From NCBI GenBank assembly GCA_044229845.1, contig JBGASG010000006.1:32001-96000 (forward strand): a DNA stretch of 64,000 nucleotides. Direction: 5' to 3'. The translations under genes and the position numbers were made by a program. Positions 20,077 to 30,812 of this stretch are shown here, piece after piece; the first letter of the stretch is position 1, and the number at the start of each line of letters is the position of its first letter. The notes under the pieces were generated by a model, which was not told where the DNA came from, searched no databases, and saw nothing but the letters and a program-made list of their open reading frames with translations. Origin of the DNA: Candidatus Obscuribacteraceae bacterium. Its GTDB lineage: Bacteria > Cyanobacteriota > Vampirovibrionia > Obscuribacterales > Obscuribacteraceae.

Positions 20077-20852
20077 CGATAGTACATGCGCTCGTATGAT
20101 GAACTTGGTGCAGCCGCCTGATTGTTGTCGGCACCGGCGAACATCCGTACCAGGACAAACCCGAGAACGAATCCGCCGATGTGAGCCGCGTAGGCCACGC
20201 CGCCGACCTGCGATGAATCACCCAGTACGCCCAGTCCGCTGACCAGCTGAAAGAGAAACCAGGCGCCGATAGCTACAAACGCCGGCACTTGCTGCAAGGT
20301 GTTGAACATCAAAACCCGCACTCGCTGCTGCGGGAAGAGCACCAGGTAGCCGGCCAGAACTCCGGAAATGGCTCCCGATGCGCCCAGACTGGGAATAAAC
20401 TGGTTGCCGCCGAAAAGCACGGTAGCCGCAATTTGCGCTACGTCGGCTCCCAGACCGCACAACAGGTAGAAGAGCAGAAACTTGCCGGAGCCCATACGGT
20501 GCTCCACGTTGTCGCCGAAAATATAAAGGAACAGCATGTTGCCGAAAAGGTGTTCCCAGCCACCATGCATGAACATCGACGTGAATAGCGTCAGGTAGAC
20601 CGATATGGGTGTGGGCTGCAGGGCGATTTTGCCGATGGCGTCACCGCTGAGCGGGTCGTTGATGGAAACTGTGCGCGCGACATCAGTGCCCGTCAGTATT
20701 TCGTGCGGAACCGTCGCCCACGCATAAGTGAATTGATCGTTAGTGCCCATACCCTGGAATAAGATGAAAACCAGAACATTGGCGGCGATCAATAAGATCG
20801 TCACTATCGCTGGTGTGTTGTACCCGGAATCATCATCACCTAGTGGCAGCAC
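20073..20852 (-). CDS. Rhomboid intramembrane serine protease
   Basis: HLFGNM, GASG (Ser), AHIGG (His). Confidence 0.93.
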   Translation of the reverse strand: MLPLGDDDSGYNTPAIVTILLIAANVLVFILFQGMGTNDQFTYAWATVPHEILTGTDVARTVSINDPLSGDAIGKIALQPTPISVYLTLFTSMFMHGGWEHLFGNMLFLYIFGDNVEHRMGSGKFLLFYLLCGLGADVAQIAATVLFGGNQFIPSLGASGAISGVLAGYLVLFPQQRVRVLMFNTLQQVPAFVAIGAWFLFQLVSGLGVLGDSSQVGGVAYAAHIGGFVLGFVLVRMFAGADNNQAAAPSSSYERMYYR

Positions 20853-20992
20853 GATCTACCCTCCAACTTGAAAATCGACAACGGACAACATACTCGGACG
20901 ACGATATATGACGATGGGACTGAAAAAGGTTTCCACATTCAGCATAGGCGTTTCGACAACCACCTTACGCACCGCATATGGTGCAAATACAA

Positions 20993-22498
20993 CTAGTCGT
21001 CTTCGTCGTCTTCAGCCAGATTATGCTTGGCTAACACATCTTCGACCGATTGCTCGGAGACGCGCACTTCAGCCAGCACACCCACGGCCTCGGGTATGGT
21101 CAATTTCCATTGCGACACGAGCGTGTAGCAAAGCACCGCCGCGTCCAGGTGTTTCTTGTTGATTACGCCCAGAACACGCGCCAGGCGCACAGTAGTTTCA
21201 GCATCTTTAAAAGCCGACTTCACACCCTCGAGCATCACATCTCGGTTGCCGAAACCGCTCATTTCCAAAAGCGACAACATCGACAGGTCTTCGTTGTTTT
21301 CGAGGTGGAAGTCCTCAGGGTCGGTGAGAACCTGCACATACGCAGGTTTGCGAGAAGAGATAATCGGCGGTCTGTCCGTCGATCGCTTGCGCCGCGACGA
21401 ACGACTGCCACCGCCCACCGAACCATAGGTTCCGGAGATGGCACCGTACGAGCCTGTTTCGTCACTGGATTCGCTGTCGCTTAAAGCCTTGAGTTTTTGC
21501 GAGTCGGTCGGCTTGGTCTTGCCCACTTCGGCGGTCGGCTTGGATGCAGAAATCGGCTTGGCATACTTGCCGCCCGCCGCCGCCCCGTGACCGGCGGGTT
21601 CGGAGACTGCTTTGTGCTTGCCGGTCTCCGAAATCGCCTTGTGCTTGTTGCCGGTCTCGGATGTAATTGACTTGTGCTGCCCCGTGGCCGCCGCCGGATG
21701 CTCGCCGGAGATTACCAGCTGCGGGTACGTGCCGGTCGCATCCTTTTTGGAAGAAGAAGAGCCAACCTTCTTTTTGCCGCCCGAGTCTTTGCTACTGGAG
21801 TAGTCACGGTTGGAAGCGGTGGAAGCCACGCGCGAGCCGCCACTGGGCGGAGCGACCGTCCCGGGAGCAGACCCCTGCTCGCCCAGGGTGAGCAGCTCCG
21901 TGTTGTTCTTGGAATCATTGGCGTGTGCCCAGTAGTCGAACTGCGTGCGAATCTCGGCCACCGCATCAATATGATTTATTCGCCCGGCGCGCAGCCTCTC
22001 CTGAGCATCAAGAATGCCCGGCAACAGCTGAGCGGACAGCATCCCCTGCAAAACCAACATGCTTCCAAGCGGAATGCCGCTGCCGAAGCTGGCCGCCAGA
22101 GCCTCTTCCACCTGCTCGGGCGTAACGATATCCGAGTCGACCAGCAAAAGCCCCAGCTTGCTGCGGGAAAAATCAGTGGTCGGCTTGCAATCCACCGCTT
22201 CCATCGCCGCATCCAGCGAACACTGGTGCGTGTGGACGTGATTTAGAACCTCATGCGCCTGCTCCATGGTCAGCTTGTTTTCCTTGAGCATCTCCTGCAC
22301 TTGCAAAGCTGCCGTCAAAAGCAGCTCGGTGAGCACACCGGACATGACAAGCACTCGCCCAATCGGCAAGTTCATGCGCTTGGAAATCTGGATCGACTCG
22401 ACCACGTCGCCGCGCGTCACAATACCGGCTTCCGTCAGCAAATCGCCGATGCGAACGTGTTCTTCTACGTCGTGCGGTTGAGGTCCTGGCTGTTGCAT
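20993..22498 (-). CDS. Protein with MshEN-like (GSPII N-terminal) repeats and a disordered linker
   Basis: RIGDLLTEAGIV, PIGRVLVMSGVL, KLGLLLVDSDIV, PLGSMLVLQGML repeats. Confidence 0.7.
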   Translation of the reverse strand: MQQPGPQPHDVEEHVRIGDLLTEAGIVTRGDVVESIQISKRMNLPIGRVLVMSGVLTELLLTAALQVQEMLKENKLTMEQAHEVLNHVHTHQCSLDAAMEAVDCKPTTDFSRSKLGLLLVDSDIVTPEQVEEALAASFGSGIPLGSMLVLQGMLSAQLLPGILDAQERLRAGRINHIDAVAEIRTQFDYWAHANDSKNNTELLTLGEQGSAPGTVAPPSGGSRVASTASNRDYSSSKDSGGKKKVGSSSSKKDATGTYPQLVISGEHPAAATGQHKSITSETGNKHKAISETGKHKAVSEPAGHGAAAGGKYAKPISASKPTAEVGKTKPTDSQKLKALSDSESSDETGSYGAISGTYGSVGGGSRSSRRKRSTDRPPIISSRKPAYVQVLTDPEDFHLENNEDLSMLSLLEMSGFGNRDVMLEGVKSAFKDAETTVRLARVLGVINKKHLDAAVLCYTLVSQWKLTIPEAVGVLAEVRVSEQSVEDVLAKHNLAEDDEDD

Positions 22499-22872
22499 GG
22501 TTGTAGTTGGGATCCCTGGAACTTTAGGCTAACCCGGCTAATGAAAAACCGAGCCCTGCCCAACGCTGCTTTCATCAGGATCATATTGTCCAGGATTGGG
22601 ATCCGGCTTGGAAGCACCTGTAGCCAATTGCCTGATCGCCAGTAAGGCCCAAGCCGCCAAGCCCAGCAAAAACATGCCGCCGATAAAGGCAAAGAATATA
22701 AGGTCACCTGTCATTGGAAAGAAAACTCTCGCTGACTGCCTGACGTAGAAGCGTGCTTAGCGCGTTGACAAGGATATCAAATTCTATGCCCAATATTGAT
22801 ATCCTTTAGAGCTTATATGTACTAACACAAATACTTATAGCCGCTTGTAACGATAGCGCGCAGGAGCGACTG

Positions 22873-23862
22873 ATGTTCGATATTTTCAAAAAGCAGTTTA
22901 TCGATGTTATCGAATGGACCGAAGAGGACAATGGCGTTCTTGCTTATCGCTATCCGGTCGAAGACAAGGAAATTCAAAGTGGTGCCGTGCTCACCGTTCG
23001 CGATTCGCAAATGGCGGTCTTCGTCAATGAAGGCAACATCGCCGATGTGTTCTCACCCGGCCGTTACACATTGACGACACAAACGCTGCCCATTCTCACC
23101 ACTTTGATGAACTGGGATAAAGCATTCAAGTCGCCCTTTAAGTCCGACGTTTATTTCTTCTCGACGCGCGAACAAATAGATCAGCGCTGGGGAACCCAAC
23201 AACCGATTAACGTGCGCGACAAAGAGTTCGGGGTCATTCGACTGCGCGCCTTCGGCACCTTCTCTTATCAAATCGAAGAGCCGGGCACCTTCTATCAAAA
23301 AATCAGCGGCACCAAACAGGTCTACACCGCCGGTGAACTCGATGGACAGTTGCGTTCCATAGTAATCACCGCCATCGCTACCAAGTTCGGCAAAGCCGAA
23401 ACAGCATTTTTGGATCTGGCTGCCAACCAAACGCTCCTCTCTGACGAGCTGAAAAAAGAACTTGATCCACAATTCTTCGTGTACGGTTTGAAACTGAACA
23501 CCTTCCTCGTGCAAAGCATCACGTTGCCGGAGGAATTACAGACCTACCTCGACAAACAATCGCAAGCAGCACTGGTCGGCGACCTGAAAAAGTACGCCAA
23601 CTTCCAAGCTGCCGACAGCATCAAGGATGCCGCCATGAACTCCGGCGGCATGGCCGGAGCCGGTATCGGACTGGGTGCCGGAGCGGTAATCGGTCAACAG
23701 TTTGCGCAAGGCATGGCCGGCGCAACTGGTGGCGCTGCCGGTGCCCCGCAGGAAGATCCGTTCGTGCAGCTCGAGAAGCTCGGCAACCTTCTGCAGAAGG
23801 GCATCATCACACAGGAAGAGTTCGATGCCAAGAAAGCGGAGATCATGAAGCGCATCGGCTAG
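22873..23862 (+). CDS. SPFH-domain protein (YdjI-like) with C-terminal SHOCT
   Basis: FIDVIEW, QMAVFVNEG, PFKSDVYF; C-terminal LEKLGNLLQKGIITQEEFDAKKAEI. Confidence 0.88.
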   Translation: MFDIFKKQFIDVIEWTEEDNGVLAYRYPVEDKEIQSGAVLTVRDSQMAVFVNEGNIADVFSPGRYTLTTQTLPILTTLMNWDKAFKSPFKSDVYFFSTREQIDQRWGTQQPINVRDKEFGVIRLRAFGTFSYQIEEPGTFYQKISGTKQVYTAGELDGQLRSIVITAIATKFGKAETAFLDLAANQTLLSDELKKELDPQFFVYGLKLNTFLVQSITLPEELQTYLDKQSQAALVGDLKKYANFQAADSIKDAAMNSGGMAGAGIGLGAGAVIGQQFAQGMAGATGGAAGAPQEDPFVQLEKLGNLLQKGIITQEEFDAKKAEIMKRIG

Positions 23863-23887
23863 AAGTGAGAACTGAAGGCTAGTAGCA

Positions 23888-24520
23888 ATGATCACCCTCA
23901 ACTGTCCCTCGTGCGGGGCGCAGGTAGAATTCAAATCTAAGGCGTCAGTCTTTGCGGTCTGCAGTTTCTGCAGATCGACATTGGTGCGCCAGGATATGGA
24001 TTTAGAAAAAATAGGCGAGATGGCCGACCTGCAGGATGACCTGACACCGTTGCAGATAGGCACCAGCGGCCAGTTCGACGGTAAGTCGTTCGAACTGGTC
24101 GGGCGGCTGCAAGTCTCCTACGACGATGGATACTGGAACGAGTGGTACGTGCTGTTCAATGATTCCGAAACCGGCTGGTTGGCCGAGGCGCAGGGGTTCT
24201 ACGCGCTCTGCAAGCCGTTTGCCATGAACGAAATTCCGGCGCGCTCCGACGTCTATCCAGGCTTGCACGTCAAGTTCGGCGAGAGCGTGTTGAGATGCGA
24301 GGACATCCGCGACGTCCGCTGCGCATTCAGCGAAGGCGAATTACCTATGAACGCGATGCGCGGACGCAAATCGACGAGCGTTGATTTCGCCGGGAGCTTC
24401 GAGAGCATGGCGACCATTGAGTATGCCGAACAAGAAACCCGCGTCTTCCGCGGGCAGTACAGAGAATTTGACGATCTGAAGTTTCGCAACCTGAGGTATA
24501 TCGATGGCTGGAAACTCTGA
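23888..24520 (+). CDS. DUF4178-family protein with N-terminal Zn ribbon
   Basis: CPSCGA...CSFC; LQIGTSG, WNEWY, GELP. Confidence 0.8.
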   Translation: MITLNCPSCGAQVEFKSKASVFAVCSFCRSTLVRQDMDLEKIGEMADLQDDLTPLQIGTSGQFDGKSFELVGRLQVSYDDGYWNEWYVLFNDSETGWLAEAQGFYALCKPFAMNEIPARSDVYPGLHVKFGESVLRCEDIRDVRCAFSEGELPMNAMRGRKSTSVDFAGSFESMATIEYAEQETRVFRGQYREFDDLKFRNLRYIDGWKL

Positions 24521-26093
24521 TCTGCCAGGCGGCAACGATGCCGGCGGCGCAGATCCGCCAGAGAAGAAACGCAAGCCGCCGCCGCTCCCCGGTGAGAAAC
24601 CGAAGCGCAAGCCGCCACCGCTCCCCGGCGCCGGCAACGTTCCGGACGATGACGCGGATGATGACGATGATGACGCGGATGAAGCGGACGACAAACCGCA
24701 TCGCTCACCGCCTCCTCTGCCTAACGCGGTAGCAGCCGCAGCAGCTGCAGCGCCGCCCTCCACCGAAGAATTGGAAGAACGCGCTGCGGAGAGAGAGAAG
24801 AAGAAACAAGGACCGCGCGCCAAAAATTTCTCTTGCACCAATTGCGGTGCCTCGGTGACGATTCGCAATCCGGGACAGACATTCTCCGTCGCCTGCGAAA
24901 GCTGCCATTCGATTTTAGATGCCACATCAGAAAGCTACCGCATTCTGACCCGGTTTTACGAAAAAGCCAAACGCGATCCGCGCATCCCCCTGGGCACACG
25001 CGGCAAACTGCAGGGACGCGAGTGGGAAGTGATCGGCTTCATTGTCCGTCGCGACGTTCAATGGGGTGTGCAGTGGGAAGAGTATCTTCTCTTCAATCCA
25101 TATTATGGATACCGCTGGCTTCTGGAAAATCAAGGACACTGGAACATCACCCGGTCGGTCAAAGACAGACCGGAAGCCGGAGCAGGCTCCGGAGTAAATT
25201 ACCACGCCCAGAACTACAAACTCTTCTATATAGGAAAGGCCGAAATCGACTACGTCCTGGGCGAATTTTACTGGAAGATCAAGAGCGGCGATGCAGTAGA
25301 TATGAAGGATTACATCTGCCCGCCGTACATGCTGTCCGTGGAAACCGACAGCAACGAAGAGAACTGGGCTCTCTCCGAATATCTGCAACCATCTGTGGTG
25401 CGCAAGGCATTCGACCTGGACAAGATGCCCTATCAGAAGGGTATCGGACCTAATCAACCGGTAGCAGTAACTGAAACATGGCGGGGCATTCGCCTGCCAT
25501 GGCTGGGTTTCTTGCTCCTGCTGTTCTTCATTCAGTTCGCTTACTGCGTATCGACTCGCACTGAAGAGTTGATGAAACAGGACTTTCTCTACGTTCCCAA
25601 CCAGAAAAGCAAAGAGAACGACCCCGTCCTCAACAGCTACACAACACGCACATTTGACATTCCGGAAAACCGGAATGTCGTCCTCGACTTCGATGCCGGA
25701 GTCGATAACAGCTGGTTCTATTACGCCGGCGAACTGGTTAACGACAAGACCGACGAAACCTTCCCGATCGAAAATACTATCGAGTACTACCACGGCTATG
25801 ACAGCGACGGATCTTGGAGCGAAGGCAGCACATCCGCTATGCAAACCTTATGGAAAGTACCGCCTGGTCCCTACTACATAAATCTCGACTGGGAAAGCGG
25901 TCCCGGCACCGTCGATGGTTCGTTCCACGTCAAAGTCAAAAAGGATGAGCCGGGCTGGCTTAACTACTGGCTGGCCGTGATCCTGGTTTCGATTGTGCCA
26001 ATCTGGACTTGGCTGAGCTCGCGAGGCTCTGAAGTGCAGCGCTGGAGCGACAGCGACTTCACGCCCTACAAATCATCATCGGGAGACGACTAG
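24504..26093 (+). CDS. DUF4178-family membrane protein
   Basis: CTNCGA...CESC, IPLGTRG, WEEYLLFNP, GEFYW; C-terminal TM and E..RWSDSD. Confidence 0.8.
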   Translation: MAGNSDLPGGNDAGGADPPEKKRKPPPLPGEKPKRKPPPLPGAGNVPDDDADDDDDDADEADDKPHRSPPPLPNAVAAAAAAAPPSTEELEERAAEREKKKQGPRAKNFSCTNCGASVTIRNPGQTFSVACESCHSILDATSESYRILTRFYEKAKRDPRIPLGTRGKLQGREWEVIGFIVRRDVQWGVQWEEYLLFNPYYGYRWLLENQGHWNITRSVKDRPEAGAGSGVNYHAQNYKLFYIGKAEIDYVLGEFYWKIKSGDAVDMKDYICPPYMLSVETDSNEENWALSEYLQPSVVRKAFDLDKMPYQKGIGPNQPVAVTETWRGIRLPWLGFLLLLFFIQFAYCVSTRTEELMKQDFLYVPNQKSKENDPVLNSYTTRTFDIPENRNVVLDFDAGVDNSWFYYAGELVNDKTDETFPIENTIEYYHGYDSDGSWSEGSTSAMQTLWKVPPGPYYINLDWESGPGTVDGSFHVKVKKDEPGWLNYWLAVILVSIVPIWTWLSSRGSEVQRWSDSDFTPYKSSSGDD

Positions 26094-26096
26094 AGC

Positions 26097-26228
26097 ATGG
26101 GAAAAAACATGTACATCGCGTCCAGCCTATTCGTTTGTCTGATGCTTGCGGTGGCATGTGCCACCGGATTTCAGATTGGCGCCGATGCCACCAAGCCACA
26201 AAAGCCGACCGGACCCCATCACAAGTAA
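26097..26228 (+). CDS. Small membrane/secreted peptide (43 aa), absent from the ORF track
   Basis: MGKNMYIASSLFVCLMLAVACATGFQIGADATKPQKPTGPHHK; sits between DUF4178 and DUF350 in the operon. Confidence 0.6.
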   Translation: MGKNMYIASSLFVCLMLAVACATGFQIGADATKPQKPTGPHHK

Positions 26229-26303
26229 ACCCGAAACACCTGAGACAAAACCAAGACACCAGACTAAGACGAACAAGAACAAACAAGAGCAAAGGAGGAA
26301 CAC

Positions 26304-26522
26304 GTGCAAGAATTATTTTCACTGAAGGCATTCATAGCCGTGATTACATACGCCGTGGTAGGCAACGTCATTCTGGCGTTGACGCTGGTAGTCATGGATA
26401 AACTGACTCCAGGCGATATGTGGAAGGAAATTATTACCGAGAAAAACCTGCCCTTCGCCATCACAGTTGCAGCCGCCGCTATCGCCGTCGGCAACATAGT
26501 CGCGGCAGCCGTGCACGGTTAA
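26304..26522 (+). CDS. DUF350-family small membrane protein
   Basis: DKLTPGDMWKEI...N...AI....IIAAAVH pattern; operon context. Confidence 0.85.
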   Translation: MQELFSLKAFIAVITYAVVGNVILALTLVVMDKLTPGDMWKEIITEKNLPFAITVAAAAIAVGNIVAAAVHG

Positions 26523-26537
26523 ACGACGGTCAACCTC

Positions 26538-29500
26538 GTGACGTACGCTCTTCTGATTACTGCCTTTGTCATCTCCACCTGCGGTCTGGTCTACGAACTG
26601 ATCGCCGGCACCGCGGCCAGCTACTTGCTGGGCGACTCAGTGACGCAGTTTTCGACGGTAATCGGCGTCTATCTGTTCGCCATGGGCGTCGGTTCGTTTC
26701 TCTCCAAATACGTCGAGAAAAATTTGATTCTCGTCTTCGTTCAAGTCGAAATGCTGATCGGATTGGTGGGCGGTTGCTCTGCTGCCATCCTCTTCCTCAT
26801 GTTCAACCATGTCGAGCATTTCCGCGTACTGCTCTACAGCCTGGTCTCGATCATCGGCATCTTGATCGGACTGGAGATTCCGCTCCTCATGCGCATCCTC
26901 AAGGATCGCCTCGACTTCAAAGATCTGGTCTCGCAAGTCTTCACTTTCGACTACGTGGGCGCGCTGCTGGCATCGCTGGCGTTCCCGCTCGTGCTCGTTC
27001 CCCAACTCGGTTTGTTGCGCTCAGCGTTTTTGTTCGGATTGTTCAACATTGTGGTGGCACTGTGGACCTTGCACTTATTCAAGAGCGAATTGCCCTGGGT
27101 GCGCAGTCTGCAAGTAATCAGCGTCGTGCTGCTGGTCGGACTGGTGGGCGGCTTCGCCTCATCCGACAACCTGACGACACTGGCAGAAGTTGCGCAGTAC
27201 CAGGAGCCCGTCATTTACTCCGCCTCCACGCCGTACCAGCGCATCGTTATTACCGGCGGCGGCAAAGAACTGAAGCTGTTTCTCAACGGCAACCTGCAGT
27301 TCAATTCCCGTGATGAATATAGATATCACGAAGCTCTGGTTCACCCTGCGATGGCGGCTCTCACCAGCCCGAAGCAAGTGCTCGTACTGGGCGGCGGCGA
27401 CGGCATGGCAGTGCGAGAGTTGTTGAAATACCCATCGGTGGAAAAGATCACTCTCGTCGATCTCGACTCGGCAATGACCGATTTGTTCAAGCAGCAAGAG
27501 TTTCTCACGCGCTTGAACAAGAACTCGTTGAACAATGCCAAGGTCGAAGTGATCAACTCGGATGCTTTCATCTGGCTTAAGAAATGCGGGCAGAAGTTCG
27601 ACTGCATCATCGTCGACTTCCCAGATCCGAGCAACTTCTCGCTGGGCAAACTGTACAGCGACACGTTCTATAGAGCACTGAAGAACGTGGTTTCACCGAC
27701 CGGCGTCATCGTTATCCAGAGCACCTCGCCTTACTACGCCAAGAACTCCTACTGGTGCGTGGTCAATACGCTGAATTCGATCGGCTTCCACACCATGCCC
27801 TATCATGCGTACGTGCCGTCATTCGGCGACTGGGGTTATGTGATTGCAGCACCACAGGATTTCCGCTTCGGCGACAACTATCCGTCCGGGCTGCAATACG
27901 TCTCACCCGACGTGGTGGCACAGATGACGTCTTTCCCGGCAGACATGCACCCCACCGTGCAAGCAGTCAATAAACTGAACGCGGCTGCGGGAGGCGGCAC
28001 CAAACTGTACTTGGACAGCCTTGCATCTGCCGCCGACAATGTTCCGTGCCGCCTGCTTGGACCATCCATGTCCGCAGGACACATGATTCGCAATCGCGTT
28101 TTTGCCAACGTCGCACAACCCAAAGTTTCTTCCCAATCCCGCATTGTCATTGTCGGCGGTGGCATCGCCGGACTTTCCGCTGCCTGGTGGTTGAAGAAAC
28201 ATGGCGTCAACGACTTCGTTCTGCTTGAATTGGAGAAACAAGTCGGCGGCAATTCCACCTCGGGAAGAAACAAAATCAGCGCCTATCCGTGGGCAGCCCA
28301 CTACGTACCGATTGCCAATCCGGAATCGGAATATGTGCGAACGCTGTTTGCAGAACTGGGCATCATCGAAGGTTTCGACGCCCACAACGAACCTTTGTAT
28401 AACGAACTGCACCTCTGCCACGACCCGCAAGAGCGCTTGCTTAAGTGCGGCGCATTCAATGAAGGATTGGTACCGCGCAAGGGATTGCAGGCGGAAGACC
28501 GCGCGCAGATCGACCGTTTCTTCAAGCTGATTGCCCAGCTTCGCAAAGAGAAGGGCGGCGACGGCAAACCAGTGTTCGCGATACCACTCGATCTCAGCTC
28601 AGCCGATGAGAAATTTCGCGCGCTCGACAAGATCTCTATGAGCGAGTGGATGCAAAAGGAAGGCTTCACATCGCGCCCGCTTGTCTGGTATGTAAATTAC
28701 TGCTGCAAAGACGACTACGGTTCCTTAGCCAACAACGTTTCTGCATGGGCGGGACTTCACTACTTCGCGGGACGGCGCGGCACCGCCGCTAATGCCGACA
28801 TGAATGCGCTGGTCACCTGGCCGGAGGGCAACGGCTATCTCGTCAATGCCTTGCGCGAGAGATTGAAGGATCACCTGCAACAAGAATCGCCGGTGCACAA
28901 GATCAAATCGACTGACGACGGACTGGTGCTCTCATACGTGAATGGCGCGCAGGAGCAGAAAGCCATCGCTGCGGAATATGTAGTGTTCGCCGCGCCGAGA
29001 TTCATCTCCAAATATGTGATTGCCGATCAGTCCACGACTCTCGGCGCGAATGATCTGAGCGACCTGGCATATGCACCGTGGCTGGTGGCGAATATCAGTT
29101 TGACGAACGTGCCGGAAGGCAACGGATTGGATACTGCCTGGGACAATGTCAGCTACGCGAGCGACTCGCTCGGATACGTGGTGGCGACGCACCAGAACAT
29201 CACCACACGCCGCGGTGCCACCGTCATCACTTACTACCAACCCCTCTCGGACATGGATCCGGTGACGGCGCGGAAAGAACTGCTGGCGGCGCAACCAGAT
29301 AAGTGGCGAGCGCGCATTCTCGCCGACCTCGAGAGGATGCACCCGGGGATCAGTCGGGATGTGACGGCCATTGAGTTATGGCCGTGGGGACACGGAATGA
29401 TTCGTCCGTCAGTCGGTTATATCTGGGGCGAAACGCGGCAACGCATGAAGCAAAGACAGGGCAACATATTCTTCGCGCACTCGGATATGAGCGGCATATC

Positions 29501-29579
29501 CAATTTCGAAGAAGCCCAGTATCAGGGAGTCACGGCGGCGCAAGGGATATTGCATACTCTGGGGCGCGCCGAAACATGA
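26538..29579 (+). CDS. Membrane polyamine aminopropyltransferase (SpeE-like) fused in frame to an FAD-dependent amine oxidase-like domain
   Basis: TM N-terminus, YRYHEALVHP, LGGGDG, DFPDP; then IVGGGIAGLSAA, GGNS, WGHGM.RP, FEEA. Confidence 0.85.
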   Translation: MTYALLITAFVISTCGLVYELIAGTAASYLLGDSVTQFSTVIGVYLFAMGVGSFLSKYVEKNLILVFVQVEMLIGLVGGCSAAILFLMFNHVEHFRVLLYSLVSIIGILIGLEIPLLMRILKDRLDFKDLVSQVFTFDYVGALLASLAFPLVLVPQLGLLRSAFLFGLFNIVVALWTLHLFKSELPWVRSLQVISVVLLVGLVGGFASSDNLTTLAEVAQYQEPVIYSASTPYQRIVITGGGKELKLFLNGNLQFNSRDEYRYHEALVHPAMAALTSPKQVLVLGGGDGMAVRELLKYPSVEKITLVDLDSAMTDLFKQQEFLTRLNKNSLNNAKVEVINSDAFIWLKKCGQKFDCIIVDFPDPSNFSLGKLYSDTFYRALKNVVSPTGVIVIQSTSPYYAKNSYWCVVNTLNSIGFHTMPYHAYVPSFGDWGYVIAAPQDFRFGDNYPSGLQYVSPDVVAQMTSFPADMHPTVQAVNKLNAAAGGGTKLYLDSLASAADNVPCRLLGPSMSAGHMIRNRVFANVAQPKVSSQSRIVIVGGGIAGLSAAWWLKKHGVNDFVLLELEKQVGGNSTSGRNKISAYPWAAHYVPIANPESEYVRTLFAELGIIEGFDAHNEPLYNELHLCHDPQERLLKCGAFNEGLVPRKGLQAEDRAQIDRFFKLIAQLRKEKGGDGKPVFAIPLDLSSADEKFRALDKISMSEWMQKEGFTSRPLVWYVNYCCKDDYGSLANNVSAWAGLHYFAGRRGTAANADMNALVTWPEGNGYLVNALRERLKDHLQQESPVHKIKSTDDGLVLSYVNGAQEQKAIAAEYVVFAAPRFISKYVIADQSTTLGANDLSDLAYAPWLVANISLTNVPEGNGLDTAWDNVSYASDSLGYVVATHQNITTRRGATVITYYQPLSDMDPVTARKELLAAQPDKWRARILADLERMHPGISRDVTAIELWPWGHGMIRPSVGYIWGETRQRMKQRQGNIFFAHSDMSGISNFEEAQYQGVTAAQGILHTLGRAET

Positions 29580-30727
29580 CGCAGTCGATACTCAACCCAG
29601 CATCGGTCGAACCGGCACCACAAGCCTGGCTCTCCTCACCACGCTGGGATCTGTCCTGGATCATCGCGCCGGCGTTTATCACATCGGCAGTGGCGCTGGC
29701 GTTTCGCCCCCTATTCGAAAACAGTTCGAGCCTGCCCCTGTGGGCGTGGGTTTCATTCGTCCTGTTGGTCGATGTTGCCCATGTCTATGCGACGCTGTTC
29801 CGCACCTACTTCGACAAACAGGCATTCCAACAAAACCGCACCATCTTGCTCACGATCCCAGTCGCCTGCTGGGTAGTCGGCGCACTGCTCTATTCAGTCG
29901 ACGGTCTTCTCTTCTGGAAGGCGCTGGCTTACCTGGCGGTGTTCCATTTCATCCGCCAGCAGTATGGCTTCGTGGTGCTCTACTCGCGCAAACAACCGGC
30001 AGCTCTCAATAAATTCAAAGCGCTCGACCACGCGCTTGTCTACATGGCAACCCTCTACCCGATGTTGTTCTGGCACACTCATCTGCCGCGCAACTTCAAT
30101 TGGTTCATCGAGGGTGACTTCATCGAAGCGCTTCCACAGTTCATTACTGATTGGGCGCTCGGGCTCTACGCACTCCTGGCGGTGGCGTATGTGATTAAAG
30201 AACTGTTCTTCTTCCGTGCCACCGGCGGATACTTCAACGTTCCCAAGAATCTTTTGATTATCGGCACCGCACTCAGCTGGTGGATTGGCATCGTCACACT
30301 CAATTCCGACATGGCATTCACCATGACGAACGTAATCAGCCACGGAGTTCCATACATGGCACTCATCTGGCTGATGCACCACTCGAGTGCCGCTCGTGCT
30401 GCCGATCCAGTTCCCCCGCCCGCAACACCGAGTTTCTTCGAACGCGCTACGCAAGTTGCACTCACTTACCTGCCAGTGTTCTTCCTGGTGCTGGTCGGAC
30501 TGGCGTTTCTCGAAGAAGGGCTCTGGGATGGTCTGGTCTGGCGCGAACATCTCTCGTTCTTCCCAGTCTTCGCGCATCTGCCCGAGATCACGGATAGGAC
30601 GATCCTGGCACTGCTCATTCCATTCCTGGCTCTGCCGCAATCGACGCACTATGTACTCGATGGATTTATCTGGCGCGTGCGCGACGCGTCCAACGCCTGG
30701 TCACTCTGGCGGCCAGCCGTTAAATGA
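29576..30727 (+). CDS. Polytopic membrane protein
   Basis: Start MTQSIL overlaps the upstream stop (ATGA); DVAHVYAT, HFIRQQYG, HYVLDGFIW. Confidence 0.75.
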   Translation: MTQSILNPASVEPAPQAWLSSPRWDLSWIIAPAFITSAVALAFRPLFENSSSLPLWAWVSFVLLVDVAHVYATLFRTYFDKQAFQQNRTILLTIPVACWVVGALLYSVDGLLFWKALAYLAVFHFIRQQYGFVVLYSRKQPAALNKFKALDHALVYMATLYPMLFWHTHLPRNFNWFIEGDFIEALPQFITDWALGLYALLAVAYVIKELFFFRATGGYFNVPKNLLIIGTALSWWIGIVTLNSDMAFTMTNVISHGVPYMALIWLMHHSSAARAADPVPPPATPSFFERATQVALTYLPVFFLVLVGLAFLEEGLWDGLVWREHLSFFPVFAHLPEITDRTILALLIPFLALPQSTHYVLDGFIWRVRDASNAWSLWRPAVK

Positions 30728-30812
30728 GTGGCTGCTCGGGGCACCCTTTATTTGCCTAGTACGTCATTTTGGCGTACAATGGTTAGATCGCAATACCCGA
30801 CAGGTGAGTGTC

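Noticed and set aside
26230..26300. A-rich AAGA/ACAA repeats
   Set aside because: Low-complexity spacer without a regular period
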